Below, piece by piece: positions 33,701-41,552 of a DNA stretch of 41,552 bases. The translations under genes were made by a program, and so were the position numbers. Source of the stretch: Tubiluchus corallicola (lineage: Eukaryota > Animalia > Priapulida); contig JAQGDQ010001431.1 of NCBI GenBank assembly GCA_030141605.1, positions 1 to 41,552 on the forward strand, given 5' to 3'. Within the stretch, counting starts at the first letter, position 1. Each line of letters opens with the position of its first letter. The notes beneath the pieces are model-generated. The model had not been told where the DNA came from. It saw only the letters and a program-made list of their open reading frames with translations, and did not search any database.

Positions 33701-36042
33701 GCTTCCAATGAATCCAAATGTATCCCGTGGGATACAGGCTATATTTAGCACGCGGGCATAGGTAAAAAAATAATTATTATGTGTAAACAAGATGGACATA
33801 CTGAACAAAAGTACCAAGCCAAAAAAATTTTTCTTATAAAAAATAATTTGAGACTAAAAGGGTTAACTGGTTTATTTCAAAGTCGAAAAATTGATTTAAA
33901 ATTATTTGAAGTATAGGTTTTACACGTCAAATGTAGACACAGGAAAGTTCAAATGTGAATTAGCTAAGTCAAATGTAGACATAGAATTTTAGAAAAATAG
34001 AAATTCTACATTTTATTTGTCAACGTTTTACAAAAAATATCGGCAGAAAAGAATAAATCGGTTCCCACTTCCCAATGAACAGTGAATCACTAATTAGTTT
34101 TTCAAGTAATGCATTAGCACTGCATTAATGAATTAGTTTCTCTCAAGAAACATTGTTTATTTTAAGAATGTATTGTTTTCTCTAACAGTTCCAATGGTAT
34201 GTAAAGTTTGCAGAATATTAGTGAACCTATAACGTTGTTATTTTAACACAATATAGAGCAATTATTAAATTGAAATTAAAGAAGATTAAATTTAACATCC
34301 TTAAACTTTACCACCTATCCACATTTGAGATACCAATGTCACATTTGACTTGACATGTGTCTACATTTGACTTACCAAAAACGCTTAAGATTTCTTGAAA
34401 ACCATTGTTAACACATTTGAACTACCTAAGTCTACATTTGAGTTACCAAGACACATTTGAATTACCTAAATCTACATTTGAGTTAACGCAGGTCTACAGT
34501 TGACATGTAAAACCTATAGATGCACAAACATAATGAAGTTTGCCTTGATGAGAAAAAGTCGAATGGATAAGCATTCAGGTAAATAACCAAGTAAATACAC
34601 GTGCAAGAAATAATCAAATCGATTATATTATTATTATTGAAGTGCAAAAGAAAACTGATTCTTTCCTTACAAAAAACATCAATGCTGGTGAAGGTGTTAG
34701 CCTATTGATGGAGATGTAAGATAGAACGTGTAGAAACTGTTCTTCCTTTGCTGTAACATAGCACAATCTGCAAAAACGTAAGACTTCAGTACTGCAGCTC
34801 CGTTACAAGCGTCCGTTACCCAGACTTCAATGGTCTGTTATCGTACTGAGAGGCAGTAATTTCCATTTATTGGGGGCAAATATTCAGCATTTGGTTCTCG
34901 ATCAGCATTGAAAGAACAAACAAAAGTTAGACATACAAAGAATATCACTATAAAAAGAAATATCAAAATTGAATCTTGGGGGGGGGGGGGAGTGGCCTTT
35001 GTTTATTTATATTTTCAATAAAAAATGTTGTCACAACTTTACTTTAAGCAAGCTAGCGAGTGAAGCCACATCAGTCGTTATGTCCAATGGTAGGTCTGTT
35101 TAATACCAAACTAGTGAATGCCGAGCTTCTGAGCCAATTCCTGACTGTTTATTCATGATCTTACGATCTCTTGGTGCTATAGTGGCCAAATTCAGTCAAC
35201 CAATTCTTTTCTCCAGTTTTACTTCTGATAACCGATGTTTTATCTGCTATGGTTTTGAATTCTTGCAGTTATACTTCTGTAGGTTTTACACGTCAAATGT
35301 GAGTTAGGTAAGTCAAATGTAGATGCGGTACTTTGAATAAATCAGTAATTAAGTTATTTAAGTGCAAATTACAAAAAGATAAAACGAAATTAAAATTATA
35401 TTTTATGGTCATGGTGCTATCGGCTGCATCACTTCCCAATGAACAGTGAATCACTAATTAGTTTTTTAAGTAATGCATTAGCACTGCATTAATGAATTAG
35501 TTTCTCTCAAGAAACATTGCTTATTTTAAGAACGTATTGTTTTCTCTAACAGTTCCAATGGTATGTAAAGTTTGCAGAATATTAGTGAACTATTAGTAGG
35601 CCTATAAAGTTATTATTTTAAGTTAAGAGCAATTATTAAATTAAAATTAAAGAAGATTAAATTTAACATCCTTAAACTTTACCACCTATCCACATTTGAG
35701 ATACCAATGTCACATTTGACTTGACATGTGTCTACATTTGACTTACCAAAAACGCTTAAGATTTCTTGAAAACCATTGTTAACACATTTGAACTACCTAA
35801 GTCTACATTTGAGTTACCAAGACACATTTGAACTACCTAAATCTACATTTGAGCCAACGTAGGTCTACTTTTGACGTGTAAAACCTATATAATGCAGTTT
35901 AGCAGTTATGAATTGAATGTGATGCAACAAATACGTACCTTCCACTGCTGAAAGCAAAGCAACTGGCTGATCCATACGTGGAAAAGGCCACTGAAAGAGG
36001 TATGATCCAAGCCATTACACCCAGCATTGCCTCTCCCCAAGT
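29635..36042 (-). CDS. SLC7A9: SLC7 light-chain (LAT family) amino-acid transporter, b(0,+)AT/SLC7A9-like, 5'-partial; complement join(36042..35939,34767..34671,33017..32868,31077..30909,29690..29635)
   Basis: TWGEAMLGVMAWIIPLSVAFSTYGS...SSGR|LCYVTAKEEQFLHVLSYISINRLTPSPALMFF|AVMTIVMIIPSDIASLI...RWTKPHLDRPVK|VPIIIP...YVPFVYFK..|DKFTVWCQLFFEVAPPSR*. Covers TM8-TM12; GT-AG introns, phases 2,0,0,1. Symbol is closest-like only. Confidence 0.9.
29895..30522 (+). mobile_element. Helentron/HINE-like element with diverged core repeats
   Basis: Starts in a T run; gttatgctatt / aatagcaacataac inverted ends; three ~135-145-bp units (30028, 30161, 30307) with gccattt...caagatgg hairpins. Confidence 0.5.
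30570..30870. repeat. Compound trinucleotide microsatellite
   Basis: (CACCAT)(CGC)(CAC)(CAT)(TAT)(TGT)(CGT)(CAT) runs. Confidence 0.97.
30909..31077 (-). CDS. SLC7 exon (TM11-12)
   Basis: tttacag acceptor; VPIIIPII...YVPFVYFKVHFSFV; GTGAGT donor. Confidence 0.92.
31158..31933. mobile_element. PIF/Harbinger-like MITE with internal ~160-bp tandem array
   Basis: TAA|TGGCGCGTTCAGACTAGCGAATTTT...AAAACTCGTTAGTCTAGACGCATCG|TAA; units start at 31391, 31529, 31689, 31849. Confidence 0.78.
32431..32826 (-). repeat. Fragment of the 15269-16364 element
   Basis: Reverse complement of ~15779-16175. Confidence 0.85.
32868..33017 (-). CDS. SLC7 exon (TM9-10)
   Basis: atttag acceptor; ...RWTKPHLDRPVK; GTGCAT donor. 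Confidence 0.92.
33406..33862 (+). mobile_element. piggyBac-like MITE, copy 3
   Basis: TTAA|CCCTTTCATACCCG...AAAAGGG|TTAA. Confidence 0.92.
33914..34516 (+). mobile_element. MITE family A
   Basis: ta|TAGGTTTT...AAAACCTA|ta; interior matches copy 1. Confidence 0.88.
34671..34767 (-). CDS. SLC7 exon (loop and start of TM9)
   Basis: tttttgcag acceptor; LCYV...LSYISINRLTPSPAL; GTAAGG donor. Confidence 0.92.
35280..35887 (+). mobile_element. MITE family A
   Basis: Both TIRs present; interior matches copy 1. Confidence 0.88.
35939..36042 (-). CDS. SLC7 exon (TM8)
   Basis: ttccag acceptor; TWGEAMLG...AFSSGR; GTACGT donor. Confidence 0.92.
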
Positions 36043-36527
36043 CTGGAACAAAATGTTAATTTAAAGCTTCATTTTTGCACAGTTTTAGACTACAGCTATA
36101 AAAAACAAAGCGATTTATGTTTGGCTTTGGTTTCATAGGTCTGATGATGATGATGATGATGATGATGATAATGATGATGATGATGATGTAGCTAAACTAA
36201 GTTGGCAAGCCATCGTGCATCTGTAACATTAAAACTAGGGAACATGCTATCACACCAAGAAATTTTTGATGGCATACCAATTAGCTATCCTTTTAAATAA
36301 TTTATGGTTGTCTTATGTTTAAATTAGTCTGTCAAAGGCGATTATTAAAAGATGAAAGCGAAGACGCAGCAATTTCTCTGTACCCAATAAAAAGTGATGT
36401 ATTTCAAAATGTAAATACACAGTTTCGGTTTCATGATCCCAAAACGTGTTATCTGCTGTTTGCTTGCAGTCAACATTATGTCATATAGGATGATATAGTC
36501 TGGACGTTTACCTAGGTCTCTGTACTA

Positions 36528-36895
36528 CAGGTTTTACATGTCAAATGCAGACCTGCGTTAACTCAAATGTAGATTTAGGTAATTAAAATGTGTCTTGGTA
36601 ACTCAAATGTAGACACATGTCAAGTCAAATGTGACAATGGTATCTCAAATGTGGATAGGTGGTAAAGTTTAAGGATGTTAAATTTAATCTTCTTTAATTT
36701 CAATTTAATAATTGCTCCTAAGTTAAAATAACAACGTTGTAGGCCTACTAATAGATGCACTATCTTTGGTTTATCTTTTTCTAATTTGCACTTAAATAAC
36801 TTAATTACTGATTTATTCAAAGTAATGCATCTAAATTTGACTTACCTAAGTCACATTTTAACTTTCCCGTTTCTACATTTGACGTGTAAAACCTA
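36528..36895 (-). mobile_element. MITE family A, deleted, inverted
   Basis: ta|CAGGTTTTACATGTCAAATG...GTGTAAAACCTA|ta. Confidence 0.85.
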
Positions 36896-37259
36896 TACAG
36901 CTCTTACTGCCAATAAAATGAATTCAAACGAAATTAGACTTTTCAAATTACCATTGCAACACCAGGCGAAGCAAGTAGTTCTTCCTTGGACATCACAGTA
37001 AAATAAGAAATGTTTGCCAACACATAAACTGTTGTCACTAATGGAATAGCAATTAGTAAAACACGAGGCAGGTTCCTGAAAAGTCAGATATTGGTTATTG
37101 TAATCCTTGTTGTATAATTGTGAATAACCGAACAACCTTAATTAACCTAATACCATAAATACCTTAACAATCCTTCATATACTGTGTATCAAATGTATGA
37201 ACTTAATACTGGATGGCACATGACCTTTTTTAACGTGTAGCAGTACAGAGTAATTTATT

Positions 37260-37640
37260 ATATATACATATATATAATCTTTATTTGCCATTAAAATACA
37301 TTGGTAATCACTGATAAAAACTTTACAGAGATGATCAATCAGTGTTGGTTAATAAAAACTTACACTGCTGAAGGCAAATGCGTCAGTGCAATCTAAAGTA
37401 CTGTGCAGTAATGGAAAGTAACGACGAATAAAATCAAACGTATTTACAACTATGCACAAAAAATGAAAAAACCACGATTTAATTAATATGGCCGTGGATA
37501 TATGAATTCTGAATTAGTGTGTATGTTGTCGTACTGGTGTGATGGTACTTCATATCTGGTTAACATTAGTGATTTTAATTTTGTTTTAAATGCTGATAGG
37601 GACTTGATTTGTTTAACCTGTAATAAATGAGATTGCTGAA
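37260..37640 (-). mobile_element. L2/CR1-group LINE 3' end
   Basis: VKQIKSLSAFKTKLKSLMLTRY is typical of ORF2 C-termini; followed by ggcaAATAAAg and a TA-rich tail. Confidence 0.65.
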
Positions 37641-37984
37641 ACAACAGAGAAGCTATCATGTCGTCAAAATTAAGCGCGAAAGCCTCGTGCATCTCACACA
37701 ATCTGCCATCTTGAGTGGTTGTGATCAAAGCAGATCAATTGGTCAATGATGAATGACCTGGAGATTCATTGGACCTTAAGGCCACCAAACACATTACAGC
37801 TACCCTCAGAGAAAGCTAGCTAAGAAGATAAAAAACATGTTATTAGCCAGTTTTCGGGAGAAGAAGCTGGTCAATGTGCAAGAATCGTATCCGACAATTA
37901 GGGTTGTCAAGAGACGCGTGAGGCTTCCACACAAAATTTGAAAACACGATAGATTACCTATTGGATGAGCAATACTGATGTCAT

Positions 37985-38393
37985 TGTGAAAATCATGTTT
38001 AAAGTTGTAGATCACTCACTTTGTAGAACATGAATAAAAAATCTATAATACATGTTTGCACTGCACACAATAAAAAGTGTTTATTAAATCTACAGACACA
38101 TGAGTATCATGACTGCTGCACTGACCACTCAGAATGAGAGTGTCCTGCACTGAACACTGAGAGTCACAGTGAGAGTGACTAGAAAGCAAAACCAGTCAGT
38201 ATATATAGGTATAGGTGACCTATGCAGGCTTGCAAAGGCTTCACAAAAACCATTACTTTAAAATAGGGAGAGAACCAGTGAATATGCATTCACTGGACCG
38301 TACAATTATACTGGGGGTAAGTGGTTGGTAGAGTAACAGGATTAGTTCATAGATGGCAGCACCTAATTAAAATGTACAATAACAACTTCCACA
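37985..38393 (-). mobile_element. Solo LTR, copy 2
   Basis: Minus strand TGTGGAAG...TTTCACA; flanks GTCAT / GTAAT (4/5); reverse complement of copy 1. Confidence 0.85.
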
Positions 38394-39172
38394 GTAATAA
38401 ATCGTTTTGCTTTGTATCTTCTGGACCTCTAGAAATGCTGTACTTACTTCCTTGGATTGCGCACCTCATCCATAACCATGTTCAATGCCGACCAACCAGC
38501 GAAAGAGTAAAGACCTCCAATCAAAGCCAGTGCAACATTCGAAGCAGATGGCGTCGTTCCGTCAAATCCATTCTGTAAGTTTTCGGTATGCCCTACATAA
38601 TTACCGCCAAACAAGAAATTATAGCAGCGTTTCTTTTAGTGGGCGACATTTACGAGAGTTAGACAAGCTGACGACAAAAAAGGTATTGCAAACCACGAAA
38701 TATAGTCAACTGAGCAAGAAACGTCATTCTGTTTGCTGTCCATCCATTTTTGCATCATATTGTTTAAATAAATAGTGAAAAATACAGCATCAATATATTT
38801 CCTTGAGCATAAATTTTACACTAGATCTTAAAATTATTGAAGGACAAGAAAAGGCGTACCTGAAGTAGGTTTCAGAAAAATCGCTTTAAAAATTGTATTA
38901 TTTTACAGCAATTTTATGCATAGAAATAGAAATAATAATTTAAAATGTTGGTGCCAATTGGTAAAATGACGCTGACTCACCCTCCAGGGTGCGCTACTCA
39001 CTAACCATAAGCGTATATTTAATCTTATTGACATGATACGGTAATTTAAAACTTTACTACTTTAGTGATATGTGCGCTACGAATGCTCTGATTATTTTTT
39101 TCAAACTTTACTCTGTGTTATCTAAACTTGTTTCAAACGACTTACATTCAAAATGGCTGCAACTAATAGTCA

Positions 39173-39204
39173 TTGCATCATCATCATCATCGTCGTCGTC
39201 GTCG

Positions 39205-39266
<62 letters not shown>

Positions 39267-39286
39267 GTTGTCATCATCATCACCAC

Positions 39287-39318
<32 letters not shown>

Positions 39319-39381
39319 CCATCGTCATCATCATTATCGTCATCGTCAGCGTCATCATCTTTATCTTCTTCTTCTTCTTCT
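39173..39381. repeat. (CAT)n/(CGT)n/(CTT)n microsatellite
   Basis: Direct inspection. Confidence 0.97.
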
Positions 39382-39680
39382 CTGGATGCTTCAGTGTCAG
39401 CTGAGTTAGATGCTTGTGGTGTAAAAGACCCGTGGTTTATACTGCTCGAGTGGCATCCAGAGCTGCACATTTAAGGATTTCCATCCTTGTGCTGGTCAAT
39501 CTCCTACGTTAGCTAATGGTTTTTCAGAGGAAGCGACGCCATTGTTACTTCCACTTCCAAAACCGTCACTGGCACATTGCATCTTTCTCCCTCAAAATCC
39601 TCCAGGAGCTTCGGGAGGGCGTTCGCCCTGTTTAACAGCCCCGGGGCGCGTGATTATGGAGCCATTCGGCTGCCATTAGG
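39365..39680 (-). mobile_element. Probable SINE or non-autonomous non-LTR retroposon with (GAA)n tail
   Basis: GC-rich block ending ...CTCAGCTGACACTGAAGCATCCAGAGAAGAAGAAG, grading into (GAT)n; single copy, no TSD seen. Confidence 0.45.
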
Positions 39681-39941
39681 ATGCAGTTATATGTGGTTAG
39701 ACGGTTAAAAAATGTGTGGTGTGAGAAATAAACCAGTTTACAACCACGTGACACATCAAGAAATGAAGCGCTTAGCGAGAAGGGCGTATTGACTGTATCA
39801 TGTCATACAGTATGAGACTGGATCGCGTTGCGAAGCATGGAGAGCAAGCAACAAGTTAGCAGCTGAGAGTTGGATGCGTGTCATGTCCTTGTAAAAAGAG
39901 AATCAAATCAGCTTTATCAACAGAAACTTTTTTTTGGTAGC

Positions 39942-40067
39942 GATAGTGGTATTAGAGATAGTCTGCGTGTGATAGTGGTATTAGAGATAGTCTGCGTGTG
40001 ATAGTGATATTAGAGATAGTCTGCATGTGATAGTGATATTAGAGATAGTCTGCGTGTGATAGTGGTA
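39942..40067. repeat. 29-bp tandem repeat, 4 copies plus partial
   Basis: GATAGTGGTATTAGAGATAGTCTGCGTGT at 39942, 39971, 40000, 40029, partial at 40058. Confidence 0.95.
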
Positions 40068-41547
40068 GGTACGTATTTGTTGCATCACATTCTGAATTTA
40101 AGTAACTGCTAAACTGCATTATATAGAATACACGTCAAAAAGTAGACCCACGTTGGCTCAAATGTAGATTTAGGTAGTTCAAATGTGTCTTAACTCAAAT
40201 GTAGACTTAGGTAGTTCAAATGTGTTAACAATGGTTTTCAAGAAATCTTAAGCGTTTTTGGTAAGTCAAATGTAGACACATGTCAAGTCAAATGTGACAT
40301 TGGTATCTCAAATGTGGATAGGTGGTAAAGTTTAAGGATGTTAAATTTAATCTTCTTTAATTTTAATTTAATAATTGCTCTTAAGTTAAAATAATAACTT
40401 TATAGGTTTGTTCACTAATATTCTGCAAACTTTACATACCATTGGAACTGTTAGAGAAAACAATACATTCTTAAAATAAGCAATGTTTCTTGAGAGAAAC
40501 TAATTCATTAATGCAGTGCTAATGCATTACTTAAAAAACTAATTAGTGATTCACTGTTCATTGGGAAGTGATGCAGCTGATAGCACCATGACCATAAAAT
40601 ATAATTTTAATTTCGTTTTATCTTTTTGTAATTTGCACTTAAATAACTTAATTACTGATTTATTCAAAGTACCGCATCTACATTTGACTTACCTAAGTCA
40701 CATTTGACGTGTAAAACCTACAGAAGTATAACTGCAAGAATTCAAAACCATAGCAGATAAAACATCGGTTATCAGAAGTAAAACTGGAGAAAAGAATTGG
40801 TTGACTGAATTTGGCCACTATAGCACCAAGAGATCGTAAGATCATGAATAAACAGTCAGGAATTGGCTCAGAAGCTCGGCATTCACTAGTTTGGTATTAA
40901 ACAGACCTACCATTGGACATAACGACTGATGTGGCTTCACTCGCTAGCTTGCTTAAAGTAAAGTTGTGACAACATTTTTTATTGAAAATATAAATAAACA
41001 AAGGCCACTCCCCCCCCCCCCCAAGATTCAATTTTGATATTTCTTTTTATAGTGATATTCTTTGTATGTCTAACTTTTGTTTGTTCTTTCAATGCTGATC
41101 GAGAACCAAATGCTGAATATTTGCCCCCAATAAATGGAAATTACTGCCTCTCAGTACGATAACAGACCATTGAAGTCTGGGTAACGGACGCTTGTAACGG
41201 AGCTGCAGTACTGAAGTCTTACGTTTTTGCAGATTGTGCTATGTTACAGCAAAGGAAGAACAGTTTCTACACGTTCTATCTTACATCTCCATCAATAGGC
41301 TAACACCTTCACCAGCATTGATGTTTTTTGTAAGGAAAGAATCAGTTTTCTTTTGCACTTCAATAATAATAATATAATCGATTTGATTATTTCTTGCACG
41401 TGTATTTACTTGGTTATTTACCTGAATGCTTATCCATTCGACTTTTTCTCATCAAGGCAAACTTCATTATGTTTGTGCATCTATAGGTTTTACATGTCAA
41501 CTGTAGACCTGCGTTAACTCAAATGTAGATTTAGGTAATTCAAATGT
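40067..41547 (+). repeat. Inverted duplication of 34453-35940, including a copy of the SLC7 exon at 41233-41329
   Basis: Reverse complement match, apparently identical in unique sequence including a 13-nt G/C homopolymer. Confidence 0.95.
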
Positions 41548-41552
41548 AAAGG

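Noticed and set aside
39070-39474. Poly-S/D/H/I/M ORFs
   Set aside because: Translations of the (CAT)n tract.
41233-41329. Second SLC7 gene on the + strand
   Set aside because: Identical orphan exon inside the terminal inverted duplication.

Overview
AT-rich animal (probably invertebrate) genomic DNA, apparently most or all of a long-read contig. It holds three spliced genes reconstructed by hand from GT-AG boundaries and phase: (1) the last four exons of a flavin-containing monooxygenase (+, 72-8842); (2) a complete 5-exon, 228-aa METTL27/WBSCR27-like SAM methyltransferase (+, 14044-22006); (3) the last five exons of an SLC7 light-chain amino-acid transporter most like b(0,+)AT (-, 36042-29635), with divergent TM8/TM10 motifs. 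Introns and intergenic DNA are dense with non-autonomous elements: two copies of a SINE with a full-length 5S rRNA head, a bipartite RTE-derived retroposon with an 18-bp TSD, two solo LTRs, and piggyBac-, hAT-, Tc1/mariner-, Harbinger-, Kolobok- and Helentron-like MITEs, several nested, plus mini- and microsatellites. Both ends look technically suspect: an Oxford Nanopore adapter remnant at 20-71 and a ~1.5-kb inverted copy of 34453-35940 at 40067-41547. I found no clear new multi-gene system. The best leads are the 5S-headed SINE family, a MITE-centred TTAA-bounded duplication, the divergent transporter, and the speculative oxygenase/methyltransferase/transporter neighbourhood. Family assignments come from remembered motifs, not database searches; similarity estimates are by eye.
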